Origin: Oceanicoccus sp.
GTDB lineage: Bacteria; Patescibacteriota; Gracilibacteria; UBA1369; 2-02-FULL-48-14
Direction: 5' to 3'
Length of the DNA stretch: 37,276 bases
Assembly: GCA_047635955.1 (NCBI GenBank)
Contig: JBLIGW010000002.1
Span: 1 to 37,276 of the forward strand
The notes beneath the pieces were generated by a model. It saw only the letters and a list, made by a program, of their open reading frames with translations, did no database searches and was not told where the DNA came from. A program made the position numbers and the translations under genes. Positions 15,880 through 25,148 of the stretch are shown here, piece by piece. How positions within the stretch are numbered: the stretch's first letter is position 1; each line of letters starts with the position of its first letter.

Positions 15880-17594
15880 AGATTTTCGTTAATATAAGTA
15901 GTCACTTCTTCGAGATAAATAGAGCGGCCATTCCATTTGAGAAGCTTCCCGGCAAACTTGTGTCCACGGGCCTCAAGGTCCTGACCAAACTGTCCTGTGT
16001 AGTTTCCTTCAATCAAATGTACATTTTTATTGTCTGCAAAAAACTGAGTTAAAGTGTCTACTTTCAAGGGGAAAAGGTAAGTGTAGTGAAGGTAATTCAC
16101 TGCTACTCCTTCAGCTGCAAATTGAGCAACAATGTCTCGCATTATGTTTGCGCTACTTCCCCACCCAATGAATGAGATGTCCGCTTTTGCCTCTCCGTAA
16201 ATCACAGGTTCCGGTAAAGCTGCGGCCAAAGCTTCTCCTTTTCGAATCCGCTTCGCGATCATTGCTTTCGAAGGTTCAGCGTCTTCCGTCAGCGTTCCAT
16301 CTTCTAAATGTTCGTCTCCATTTGTGAAGTAATATTTATCACTACTTCCTGGAATCCACCGTTTAGAAACTCCCGATTCAGTGATTCGGTAACGATCTTT
16401 TGATTCAAGAGAGTCGAGATCCTTTCCTTCAACCAATCCACGTTGAATGGGAATGGCTCCTTCTTCAAACTCATCTACTGTCCACAAACTTTCTGCAATT
16501 TGTTTCTCCGTCAGTACAATCACAGGAATTTGATAAAGCTCCGCGTAATTAAACGCATGCTGAATCAGTTCAAAAGAATCTTGCGCATTACTAACAGAAA
16601 GAACCAATCGAGTGTACTCCCCATGACCTGAAAATTTGGCCATTTGATAATCCCCCTGACCCGTCCATGTTGGGAGTCCCGTTGCTGGTCCAGGCCGTTG
16701 AGCAATCACCGCTACAAAAGGCACTTCAATCATACCAACTAAAGAAACCGATTCAGTCATTAAATCAAAACCTCCACCCGATGTCGCTGTCATAGCGCGC
16801 GTTCCCATATACATTGAACCAATAGCCAACTGAGCCGCTGTAATTTCATCTTCTGCCTGCTTCACAATCATTCCCGTTTTAGGGACCAACTCCGCCATAT
16901 AAGTCAAAATACTACTCGCTGGACTCATTGGATAAGCATAATAAGCTCGGCACCCTGCATGAATCGCCCCCAAAGTAATCGCTCTATTTCCATTGATGAA
17001 TTTTCGTACTTTTCCTTTTTTTGGAAGTGCAAAATCAATCTTCTTTTCAGAAAGTTCAAAACCTTTCGCTAAAATGATGAGATCCATAGCCAACAGTTTT
17101 GGCTTACTCGCAAATTTTTCTTTCATTGCCTCTTCCACCAAAGAGTAGTCATACCCCAATAGCTTCCAGAACATTCCAATAAGCAGGACATTCACCATCA
17201 CATGATGACCTCCCAACTCCGTCACTGTTTTCCGTCCAGGCGCACTGATCACCTCAACATTTCGTCCGGCCAATTCTTCCATTAAATCTTTAATCCCTCC
17301 AAATCTTTCATAAGCATGAACCAAAATCCCACCATCCTTAAGCTCATGAATGTATTTTTCCATTCCATCTTTATCCAATGCGATCATGACATCCGCTTGT
17401 TCTGAAAGTCCTAAAATAGGATCTGTACTTAAATTCAAAGTGTAAGAAGAGTGACCCCCTTTAATCACAGAGGGGAATTCACGATCAGACACCGCATAAA
17501 AACCAAGATCAGAAAGGGCATTAGTCAGTATGTCCCCGGTACTCAGAAGACCAGTTCCACTCGCTCCAACAATCTTAATTCTTAGTCGATTCAT
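15876..17594 (-). CDS. korA: 2-oxoacid:ferredoxin oxidoreductase, fused gamma/alpha subunit
   Basis: 572 aa. N-terminal IVGASGTGLLSTGDIL (gamma-type) followed by the alpha-domain pattern AYPMSPAS...TSGGGFDLM. Confidence 0.85.
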   Translation of the reverse strand: MNRLRIKIVGASGTGLLSTGDILTNALSDLGFYAVSDREFPSVIKGGHSSYTLNLSTDPILGLSEQADVMIALDKDGMEKYIHELKDGGILVHAYERFGGIKDLMEELAGRNVEVISAPGRKTVTELGGHHVMVNVLLIGMFWKLLGYDYSLVEEAMKEKFASKPKLLAMDLIILAKGFELSEKKIDFALPKKGKVRKFINGNRAITLGAIHAGCRAYYAYPMSPASSILTYMAELVPKTGMIVKQAEDEITAAQLAIGSMYMGTRAMTATSGGGFDLMTESVSLVGMIEVPFVAVIAQRPGPATGLPTWTGQGDYQMAKFSGHGEYTRLVLSVSNAQDSFELIQHAFNYAELYQIPVIVLTEKQIAESLWTVDEFEEGAIPIQRGLVEGKDLDSLESKDRYRITESGVSKRWIPGSSDKYYFTNGDEHLEDGTLTEDAEPSKAMIAKRIRKGEALAAALPEPVIYGEAKADISFIGWGSSANIMRDIVAQFAAEGVAVNYLHYTYLFPLKVDTLTQFFADNKNVHLIEGNYTGQFGQDLEARGHKFAGKLLKWNGRSIYLEEVTTYINENL

Positions 17595-18047
17595 CTATTT
17601 ATTTAATCCTTGTAAAAACCTCTCTGTCCATTGTGGCACCGTCGTTTCAAGATGAGACGCCGGGTGCTTCCCTATCATCAAAGGTCCCGTTACAAACTTA
17701 GCCCCTCGCTTCTTAAGATACACGGCCAAAAGTTTCATGGATTCTAAGAAGTAATCTTGATGGTACTTTTCATCTCCAAGTGAGATCACCGCACAAGGTC
17801 GATCGGTAAAGTCCATCTTGTCCGCTTTATACAGGAGTTTAGCCATAAAACGTTCTAATTCTCCCACTCCATAGGTTGGACTGGCCAAAACAAGAACCTC
17901 TTCTCCCTCGAGAATTTCAGGTCCAAACAACTTAGCATCATGAAGCGAAACTTCATGTCCAGCGGCACGCACGAGCTCCGCCACTTTCTGGCAAACGAGC
18001 TCAGTGTTTCCTCCGCAACTGCTATAAACGATTTTAATGACTTTCAT
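17595..18047 (-). CDS. flavodoxin
   Basis: MKVIKIVYSSCGGNTE matches the flavodoxin FMN-phosphate loop (S/T-x-x-G-N-T-E). About 150 aa. Stop abuts the korA start. Confidence 0.75.
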   Translation of the reverse strand: MKVIKIVYSSCGGNTELVCQKVAELVRAAGHEVSLHDAKLFGPEILEGEEVLVLASPTYGVGELERFMAKLLYKADKMDFTDRPCAVISLGDEKYHQDYFLESMKLLAVYLKKRGAKFVTGPLMIGKHPASHLETTVPQWTERFLQGLNK

Positions 18048-18098
18048 AGTGGCTTCAGGGTACATCAGGAGCTTATTGAATCCAATACCTCATTACGT

Positions 18099-18791
18099 TT
18101 AAGCGATAAGCACAGCATACACCCAAAACCCCGCAATAATCACAGGCTGATGAATCACATAAATAGCTAGTGCGTACCTCCCCATCCAAGTAAGTCCTGG
18201 GACCTCAGTCAAAATCTTTAACGGGGTGGATTTTCGTTCCCCATAAACCCAATGACCTAAAGACAGTCCAATCAATGGAACCGCCAGCCATGGAAAAATT
18301 GGAAAGTAATCCACAGAAGCAAATCCAGCAGGAGGAATTCCAAGCCAAAGCAGCCACGGCGTTGCTGCAAAAGTTCCACTAAGAATCTCCCCCATTCTCA
18401 CAACCCAAATGGCCGTTGCCGCAGCAATCCACGGGTGGCCTTTAAACAAGCGGACCAACGGAATACTAACTCCAATTAAATGAAGAATTCCAAACCAAAC
18501 GGCATACTCGGGAATAACAATTAGCGTCGCTAAAGTGATCAGAGCTCCAAATCCAAAAACCATAGCTCCACGTTTCAACTGACCTGTAAAATTCCGAGAC
18601 GAAAGCACCACGCTCACCCCCACCAAACCAAGAAAAGTGAATCGGACAAACGTTCCACCCAATTCCACCCACCAAGAGTACATATTGAAGTCCCACACCC
18701 CCATAAAAGTGCCATCAAAAGCAAAGTGATACAGCACCATTAGCGCAACAGCAAGCCCCCTAAGGGCATCGATTTCAGATAGACGTTTCAT
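18099..18791 (-). CDS. DUF1624 (heparan-alpha-glucosaminide N-acetyltransferase-like) membrane acyltransferase family protein
   Basis: MKRLSEIDALRGLAVALMVLYHF is the typical N-terminus of this family. Multi-pass membrane protein. Start moved to the third in-frame ATG (Met19, MKRLSE) of the track ORF. Confidence 0.6.
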   Translation of the reverse strand: MKRLSEIDALRGLAVALMVLYHFAFDGTFMGVWDFNMYSWWVELGGTFVRFTFLGLVGVSVVLSSRNFTGQLKRGAMVFGFGALITLATLIVIPEYAVWFGILHLIGVSIPLVRLFKGHPWIAAATAIWVVRMGEILSGTFAATPWLLWLGIPPAGFASVDYFPIFPWLAVPLIGLSLGHWVYGERKSTPLKILTEVPGLTWMGRYALAIYVIHQPVIIAGFWVYAVLIA

Positions 18792-18848
18792 TACTACAGA
18801 GGGTAACATAAAACTAAAATTTTTATTTATCGCATAAAGTCCCAAAAA

Positions 18849-19880
18849 ATGAAACTCTCACGTTATCTCATTGCTAGTTTTCTGGCCTTCACCCTCCTCC
18901 TCACTTCTTGTGGAAGCTTTGTGAGTGAACTTCGTGGAGAGATTGAATCCCAACTAGGTATGGATTCAGATTATGATGATGACTATTATGATGATGACTA
19001 TTACGATGACGACTCTTACGATTCTACTACCTATGATTCCTCCGTTGGATCACTTAATGAATACTCAGACTTAATCAACGATGTTTACGATACAATGGAC
19101 TACCTTGAGTACGACCTTTTCTACTACACAGAGTACATTGAATACTACGACCCTGGTGTTTATGAACCAAGTTTTTCTTGTCTTTTTGAGCTCTATAGTT
19201 ACGACTGGTTAATCGTAAGTACTGCCAATCCTTCTTACGAGTTAACTGAAATAGAACGACAAGACCTCATAGCTCAAGCCACGGCAATTTTTGCTTCTGC
19301 AGAAAGTACCAAAGAAACCTGCCGAGCTTTGGATCGATACGTAAGCTCTCAAGACTATAAAGATGACGCATTTGCTCAATCAGCCGTTCTTGTAAGTCAA
19401 CTTTATGCTGACATGGATGCCTACTACACCCTTCATGACCAAATGGTAGACACTCTTGAAACGCTCTATGACATTTATGAAAACTGGGTAGTGAATCCAA
19501 GTGACCCTACAAGTGTAGGAATTGGAAATATGAAAGAAGACATGGACGTAGCTGAAGCTATTATCGACATTGTTGCTGATGCGTACCTCACTGAAAACTT
19601 CAATCAAACTGCCGCACTAGAAACTCTCTACAATGAACTTGCTGCTCTCACTGAAGCACATAGTCCAGACCCAGGAATCTATGATGCTTACGTACTGGAT
19701 TGGTACAATTACTTCTATTCAGACTTAGAAGATAAATTCCTTCCTGCTACCAAAAGAAGCCTCCGTGCTTTACAAAGTGGAAACTTGAATGATCTTGAAC
19801 TCGCTTACTGGGACATCACTGATCACTACGATTTCATAATTGACGACTACAACACTTACCTAGAAACCGCAGGTTACTAA
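18849..19880 (+). CDS. acidic lipoprotein with Asp/Tyr-rich low-complexity linker (343 aa)
   Basis: Lipobox LLLTSCGS. DSDYDDDYYDDDYYDDDSYDSTTYDSS is encoded by three tandem 15-nt units. Confidence 0.65.
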   Translation: MKLSRYLIASFLAFTLLLTSCGSFVSELRGEIESQLGMDSDYDDDYYDDDYYDDDSYDSTTYDSSVGSLNEYSDLINDVYDTMDYLEYDLFYYTEYIEYYDPGVYEPSFSCLFELYSYDWLIVSTANPSYELTEIERQDLIAQATAIFASAESTKETCRALDRYVSSQDYKDDAFAQSAVLVSQLYADMDAYYTLHDQMVDTLETLYDIYENWVVNPSDPTSVGIGNMKEDMDVAEAIIDIVADAYLTENFNQTAALETLYNELAALTEAHSPDPGIYDAYVLDWYNYFYSDLEDKFLPATKRSLRALQSGNLNDLELAYWDITDHYDFIIDDYNTYLETAGY

Positions 19881-19889
19881 TTTGCGGTT

Positions 19890-20732
19890 TTAGAACCGAT
19901 TAGTATGAACGACTAAAAGTGCTTTGGGCATGACTTCAATACTTAGTGTTTTACAAGAAAAAACATCTCCATCAATTTGATACTCATTGGTGTCATTTGT
20001 TTTGATAACAATTTTCTTTCCTTTGTAAGCTGAAATTCTCCAAAACTTACCCATTGTAAATAGATTCAGCTCACCATCATTTGGGATAATTCGCTTTCCC
20101 AAAAACAACTGACTTGCTTTCCAATAAGCCAACGGGAACGCATTAAAAACAATCACCGCCTTACTGGAAGCCTCATGACGCTTACCATCAATAGTGATCT
20201 CATAAGACCGTCGTCTAAAGGTGACAAATGTTTTCATCATCACCCATGCATAAGCAAAAAGTCCCCAGTGCCGTTTGAGTGCTCGCGTGGTTTCTTTCAT
20301 TAAGAAAACATCATAGCCTTGCCCCACAGCAATAAGCCCAATGTGTTTGTCATTCACTTTCATTACATCAATTCGTTTTCCAGGATTTTTCAATCCAAAA
20401 CGAATCGCTTTTCTGACATGGAAAAGTGGGATATTCAGGGTTACTGCCAATAAGTTTGCACTACCTTGAGGGATAATAATCAAAGGCACCTTCATGTCAT
20501 GGGTCACCATAAAATCAACCACACTCGCCACCGTCCCATCTCCCCCAGCCACAACCACACGATCATATTTAGTATTCAAAAAAGACTCCAAAGCCTGCTT
20601 CTCAGACTTAACTGTTTCAAACCAATCCCAATCCCAATTGTGTTCCTCAAGTTCCGCAACTAAAGTGCGTGGAACATCTTTCCAACCTTTAACACCTGAA
20701 ATCGGATTATAAACAACCAGGGCTCGCTTCAT
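19890..20732 (-). CDS. diacylglycerol/lipid kinase family protein (DAGK_cat, YegS-like)
   Basis: NPISG near the N-terminus and VVVAGGDGTV nucleotide-binding motif. Confidence 0.75.
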   Translation of the reverse strand: MKRALVVYNPISGVKGWKDVPRTLVAELEEHNWDWDWFETVKSEKQALESFLNTKYDRVVVAGGDGTVASVVDFMVTHDMKVPLIIIPQGSANLLAVTLNIPLFHVRKAIRFGLKNPGKRIDVMKVNDKHIGLIAVGQGYDVFLMKETTRALKRHWGLFAYAWVMMKTFVTFRRRSYEITIDGKRHEASSKAVIVFNAFPLAYWKASQLFLGKRIIPNDGELNLFTMGKFWRISAYKGKKIVIKTNDTNEYQIDGDVFSCKTLSIEVMPKALLVVHTNRF

Positions 20733-20864
20733 AAAAACAGCTTATCACAGGTTTTTCACATCTTTTTCATTTCCTCGTCACAGCTCCGCGCAATAATCAT
20801 TTCGGATTCAGGCACAAAGCCCGGTCGAAAATCCATAATTAATCTCAATTTAAATATCAATATT

Positions 20865-21317
20865 ATGAACAAAACTAACTTACTTAGCACCGGACTTCTT
20901 GCCCTCACCATTGGTGTAATGGGTTTTGGAGCTGGAATCGCTACTCAAGCAGCCGACGCCAGTCACAACGGAAATGAAGAATTCAAAGGTGAAGGCGATA
21001 AGCCGGAAATTATTGAAAACATCGACCGAGAAATTGAAAATCTTGATGACGGAGTTCAAATCACTATCACTAGTGAAGATTCAGAAGCCGTTGAAAAAAT
21101 TCAAGAACGTCACACAAATGGAGACGAAAACAAAGGTCCCCAGAATGATGACGTCGAGTTCGATGTCGAACTCATTGATGATGGAGTTCTTGTAACAATC
21201 ACTTCAGATGACGACGAAACAGTAGAACGAATTCAAGAACATGCGGAAAATCCGCAGGAAGGAAAAGGGAATCACGGTGAAAAACACTGTGAACGTGAAG
21301 ATGACGACGAAGCCTAA
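20865..21317 (+). CDS. secreted, highly acidic protein with two internal repeats (150 aa)
   Basis: Signal peptide MNKTNLLSTGLLALTIGVMGFGAGIATQA. Repeats DDGVQITITSEDSEAVEKIQERH and DDGVLVTITSDDDETVERIQEHA. Confidence 0.6.
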   Translation: MNKTNLLSTGLLALTIGVMGFGAGIATQAADASHNGNEEFKGEGDKPEIIENIDREIENLDDGVQITITSEDSEAVEKIQERHTNGDENKGPQNDDVEFDVELIDDGVLVTITSDDDETVERIQEHAENPQEGKGNHGEKHCEREDDDEA

Positions 21318-21333
21318 TTAGGCGTGGGAAACT

Positions 21334-21360
21334 GAGGGGCTGTTAAAAGCCCCTCTTTTA
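21334..21360 (+). terminator. intrinsic terminator between the acidic-protein gene and the response regulator
   Basis: GAGGGGCT-GTTAAA-AGCCCCTC 8-bp GC-rich stem followed by TTTTA. Confidence 0.6.
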
Positions 21361-21362
21361 TC

Positions 21363-21368
21363 TATAAT
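21363..21368 (+). promoter_or_regulatory. consensus -10 hexamer TATAAT 6 nt upstream of the response-regulator ATG (possible leaderless mRNA)
   Basis: TATAAT at 21363-21368, ATG at 21375, no purine-rich SD between them. The -35 region (TGTTAA) is weak and lies in the terminator loop. Confidence 0.3.
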
Positions 21369-21374
21369 GAAGCT

Positions 21375-22058
21375 ATGACCACTGTATTAATCATTGAAGA
21401 CGACCAAAAAATCACAGAGCTACTGAAGCTCTATTGTGAACAAGAAGGCTATCGAGCCATCACAAGTGAGACAGGACCTGACGGCTTGCAACTTGCTCAG
21501 GAAGCCAATCCTGATGTCATTCTATTGGATCGTATGTTGCCTGGAATGGAAGGCCTCGATATATTGCGTGAATTGAGAAAAACTCACCAAACACCAGTGC
21601 TTATTTTGAGCGCAAAGTCAGACGAAATCGAACGAGTGGTTGGGCTAGAACTTGGCGCCGATGATTACATTAGTAAACCATTCAGCCCCAAAGAAGTCAT
21701 GGCACGGATCAAAGCGATTTTAAGACGAAGTCAGTCAGTTCAGGAGATCCAAAGCTCAATTCATGAAGGTAAACTTGAAATCAATCCAGAAAAAATGAGC
21801 GTAAAATTAGACGGCGAGACACTCACACTTTCTGCATTGGAATTTAAGTTTTTACACCTCTTGGCTAGTCACCCTGGACGTGTCTACTCTCGGGATCAAC
21901 TCATGGAATTATTATACGATTCCAAAGCTCTGGTTTACGACCGCACCATTGACGCCCACATCAAAAATATTCGTAAAAAATTAGGCGACAATCCTAAAAC
22001 CCCTCTCTACATTCAATCTGTATTTGGAGTGGGCTATAAATTTAAAGAACAATCATGA
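21375..22058 (+). CDS. OmpR-family response regulator
   Basis: Receiver domain (DD...D at LLDRMLPGM...SAKSD) plus winged-helix output (YDRTIDAHIKNIRKKL...GVGYKF). Confidence 0.9.
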   Translation: MTTVLIIEDDQKITELLKLYCEQEGYRAITSETGPDGLQLAQEANPDVILLDRMLPGMEGLDILRELRKTHQTPVLILSAKSDEIERVVGLELGADDYISKPFSPKEVMARIKAILRRSQSVQEIQSSIHEGKLEINPEKMSVKLDGETLTLSALEFKFLHLLASHPGRVYSRDQLMELLYDSKALVYDRTIDAHIKNIRKKLGDNPKTPLYIQSVFGVGYKFKEQS

Positions 22059-23134
22059 GAGTCTCAATCCGACTAAAACTATTTCTCAGCTACGCAGGAA
22101 TTGTCTTTGTTTCCTTGCTCATGCTGGGCTGGACCACTCAAATTCTTCTAGGAAAAAATGTTAGAAATTTCATGGGTGATTTTGAAAGTCATGGCCCCCC
22201 ACCCGGAGGAGACAACCGACTGCTTGAAACCCTAGAATCGTCTTTGGTTTACACCACTATTGCTGCTGGAGTACTCGCTATATTACTTAGCTTGTTAGTC
22301 TCTGTTGTTTTCACAAATCCGATCACTGAATTAATTGAAGCCACCAAGGCAATCGCAAAAGGAAACTACAAACGTCGCGTGAAAGTTCAAAGCCAAGACG
22401 AATTAGGTGAACTCACCAAAGCATTAAATACCATGGCGGCGTCTCTAGAAGAAAACCACGAACTACAACAAGAACTCATTACAAATGTAGCTCATGAATT
22501 GGCGACCCCTATCACAAATATTCGAGGCTATCTCGAAGCCATTAATGATGGCCTCATAAAAGGAAAGAAAAAATCAGACACCCTCAAGCTTATGTCTGAG
22601 GAAACTGACCGGCTCACACTCATGCTTAATGAAGTGCGTGAATTGGCTCAGATTCAACACCCAAATTTTGAAATTAAAACTCGACGAGTCAATTTAGGTA
22701 AATTAGTTCAAAAAGTAATCACTCAAATGGAACCACAAGTAAAAAACAAAAACATCACTATTAAATATAAGAACGCCAGCAAAGAAACTTTAGTGAATAT
22801 TGATAGAGATCGGATTGTTCAAGTTCTTCAAAACCTACTCACCAACGCAATAAAATATTCACCTAAAAACAGTCTGATTAAAATTGATTTAAAGACAAAA
22901 GATAAGTCTCTCATATTAAAAGTCACAGATGAAGGTCCAGGAATTGCACAATCTGACTTACCTCATCTTTTTGAACGCTTTTATCGTGCTGATCAATCTC
23001 GCTCTCGTAAAACAGGAGGACTTGGAATTGGCCTCTCAATCGTAAAGGAAGTCATGGAAGCCCACGGCGGAAGCGTTTCAGTTAAAAGTAAAATCAAACA
23101 AGGAACCAGCTTTAGCTGTTTTTTCCCTTTATAA
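22055..23134 (+). CDS. sensor histidine kinase (TM-HAMP-HisKA-HATPase)
   Basis: H box NVAHELATPIT, N box NLLTNAIKYSP, G1 DEGPGI, G2 GGLGIGLSIV. ATGA overlap with the regulator gene. Confidence 0.9.
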   Translation: MRVSIRLKLFLSYAGIVFVSLLMLGWTTQILLGKNVRNFMGDFESHGPPPGGDNRLLETLESSLVYTTIAAGVLAILLSLLVSVVFTNPITELIEATKAIAKGNYKRRVKVQSQDELGELTKALNTMAASLEENHELQQELITNVAHELATPITNIRGYLEAINDGLIKGKKKSDTLKLMSEETDRLTLMLNEVRELAQIQHPNFEIKTRRVNLGKLVQKVITQMEPQVKNKNITIKYKNASKETLVNIDRDRIVQVLQNLLTNAIKYSPKNSLIKIDLKTKDKSLILKVTDEGPGIAQSDLPHLFERFYRADQSRSRKTGGLGIGLSIVKEVMEAHGGSVSVKSKIKQGTSFSCFFPL

Positions 23135-23171
23135 AAAAAGAACCACCCATGCACAGAGGGTAGTTCTTTTT
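23133..23171. terminator. bidirectional intrinsic terminator between the convergent kinase and RRM genes
   Basis: A7-AGAACCACCC-loop-GGGTAGTTCT-T5. 10-bp stem with one mismatch, and a U-tract available on both strands. Confidence 0.7.
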
Positions 23172-23189
23172 AAAGTATCTAGTTTTTAA

Positions 23190-23447
23190 TTAGAATTCTC
23201 GTTTTGGTCGAGCTTCATTTACAGTCAATGGACGTCCATCAAGTTCTGTTTCATGCATTGCTTCAACCGCTGCTTCAGCGTCTTCAGCATTTGTGAAAGT
23301 TACGAATCCGAACCCTCGTGAGCGTCCAGTTTCTCGATCAGTCATAACGATCGCGTCTTCGATTTCACCGTATTGCTCGAAAGCAGTACGAAGATCTTCT
23401 GTAGCAACCCCCCATGAGAGGTTACCGATATATAATTTTTTAGACAT
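23190..23447 (-). CDS. RRM-type RNA-binding protein (85 aa)
   Basis: RNP-2 KLYIGNL and RNP-1 RGFGFVTF motifs. Confidence 0.85.
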   Translation of the reverse strand: MSKKLYIGNLSWGVATEDLRTAFEQYGEIEDAIVMTDRETGRSRGFGFVTFTNAEDAEAAVEAMHETELDGRPLTVNEARPKREF

Positions 23448-23649
23448 GTGTCTTGAGTTTAAAGGTAATTTGTCTAACCGCCGTCCCCCTTAAACTGTGC
23501 AATTCTGGGAAGAGAAAACTGTCAAACCGGGCCAAAAGTACACTATTTCTTGTCAAATAGCAAGGTCAATACCTCATCCCCACCTGACAAGCACTGCTCT
23601 CAAACCAGATAAAAACTGCAAATTTGGTCAATACAAATAGTAAACAGTC

Positions 23650-23682
23650 AAAAAGAGCCCCAACAAAGAGGCTCTTTTTTTT
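23650..23682 (-). terminator. intrinsic terminator after the peroxiredoxin gene
   Basis: Minus-strand RNA forms AGAGCC-loop-GGCUCU followed by U5. Lies 11 nt after the stop at 23693. Confidence 0.6.
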
Positions 23683-23692
23683 GTGAAAAACT

Positions 23693-24253
23693 TTATGCTT
23701 TTCCTAATGTGTCCTTTCCTGTGTCCCAACTTGCTGGACAAAGGTCTCCCGTTTGGAAGCCCTTAACCAATCGAAGTAGTTCTTCAGCGTTTCGTCCAAC
23801 ATTGAGGTTGTTCACTGTCATTGACTGAAGGATTCCATCAGGATCAATGATAAACGCCCCTCGTAGGCTCATTCCTTCTTGGTGAAGCACTCCATAGTCA
23901 AAAGATACCTCTCGGCTAAGATCTGAAATAATGGGGAATTCAATTGCTCCAATCTTCTTATCTTTTTCAGCCCATGCTTGGTGAGAGAAAACTGAATCAA
24001 CTGAAGCTCCAAGAATTTGACAGTTAGCTGCTTCAAATTCTGATTGAAGTGCCGTCAATTCGTAAAGTTCCGTTGGACACACAAAAGTGAAATCCAAAGG
24101 GTAAAAGAAAAGAAGCACCCACTTCCCTCGATAGTCTTCGAGTGAAACTTTTATATCTACACTTCCCTTGTGAAAGGCAGGTGCAGTGAATTCTGGTGCA
24201 GGAAGTCCTACGCCGAGAACTGTTTGAAATTCGTCATCGTTATGACAGTTCAT
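23693..24253 (-). CDS. typical 2-Cys peroxiredoxin (AhpC/Prx1 family)
   Basis: FYPLDFTFVCPTE peroxidatic-Cys motif and C-terminal GDLCPASW resolving-Cys motif. Confidence 0.85.
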   Translation of the reverse strand: MNCHNDDEFQTVLGVGLPAPEFTAPAFHKGSVDIKVSLEDYRGKWVLLFFYPLDFTFVCPTELYELTALQSEFEAANCQILGASVDSVFSHQAWAEKDKKIGAIEFPIISDLSREVSFDYGVLHQEGMSLRGAFIIDPDGILQSMTVNNLNVGRNAEELLRLVKGFQTGDLCPASWDTGKDTLGKA

Positions 24254-24277
24254 AATTTATAAGGGTTAAAATAATTA

Positions 24278-24715
24278 TTAATTTAAAAAGCTCCGTAGCA
24301 TCCACGCTGTTTTTTCATGCTCACTCAATCGAGTAGTAAGCACATCCACCGTTCCTTCATCTTTTAACTCTGCTGCAACTTCAATCATTTTTTTTGAAAA
24401 GGCAATAATAACCTCATGATCAGCAAGCAACTTCGCCACCATATCCTCAGCGGGGAAATGCCCCTCTTCTTCTTTCACAAAACTAAGTTCTGAAAACTCC
24501 TTGTAGGTTCCTGGAGCAAAAGCCCCCAGGCTTCTAATTCGTTCTGCAATGAGATCATTGGCCAGTGCCAATTCAGAGTATTGACCTTCAAACATCAAAT
24601 GTAGAGTTTGAAAGAAAGGTCCCGTCACATTCCAATGAAAATTTTGCGTTTTCAAATAGAGGGTATACGTACTCGCCAAAACTTGGCCCAAACCTTCAAT
24701 TGTTTTTGAATTCAT
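24278..24715 (-). CDS. dps: Dps-family ferritin-like DNA-protection protein
   Basis: YLKTQNFHWNVTGPFFQTLHLMFEGQY is the Dps ferroxidase-site pattern. Start set at MNSKT (24715), 10 nt after the Fur-family stop. Confidence 0.8.
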   Translation of the reverse strand: MNSKTIEGLGQVLASTYTLYLKTQNFHWNVTGPFFQTLHLMFEGQYSELALANDLIAERIRSLGAFAPGTYKEFSELSFVKEEEGHFPAEDMVAKLLADHEVIIAFSKKMIEVAAELKDEGTVDVLTTRLSEHEKTAWMLRSFLN

Positions 24716-24725
24716 AATTTTCAAT

Positions 24726-25139
24726 TTAAACGAAATAAGTAATTTTAATGTCACGAATTTTCTCCCCTTCCAGTTCTTTAGGAATAGGAATACTGTGATT
24801 TGCAGACAAGATAACATCCGTTACTTTGCCCGTTTTTCTATCAATAGCATGATGATGTTGACCCATATTAGCATCAAAACGACTACACCCCTCTCCACAA
24901 TTCATTTCATTAATCAATTCCAGTTCTTTGAATTTGCGAAGATTGTCATAAACCGTTGCAAAAGATATTTTTGGAAATGCCTTTTGAACCTCCTCAAAAA
25001 TTTCCTGCGCTGTAGGATGAGACACCGTAGAAGCCAAAACACGAAAAATTTCCTGCTTTTGTGAAGTAAGCCTTTGCCCCTCCCTCCGACAGGTTTCACG
25101 GAAGTAATTAATTCGCGATTGAATAATGTGTTTGTCCAT
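24726..25139 (-). CDS. Fur-family metalloregulator, PerR-like by context
   Basis: 137 aa. Winged-helix N-terminus (RLTSQKQEIFRVL), an HHHA motif and CGEGC. Sits at the head of the dps/peroxiredoxin cluster. Confidence 0.75.
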   Translation of the reverse strand: MDKHIIQSRINYFRETCRREGQRLTSQKQEIFRVLASTVSHPTAQEIFEEVQKAFPKISFATVYDNLRKFKELELINEMNCGEGCSRFDANMGQHHHAIDRKTGKVTDVILSANHSIPIPKELEGEKIRDIKITYFV

Positions 25140-25148
25140 ACACTATTA

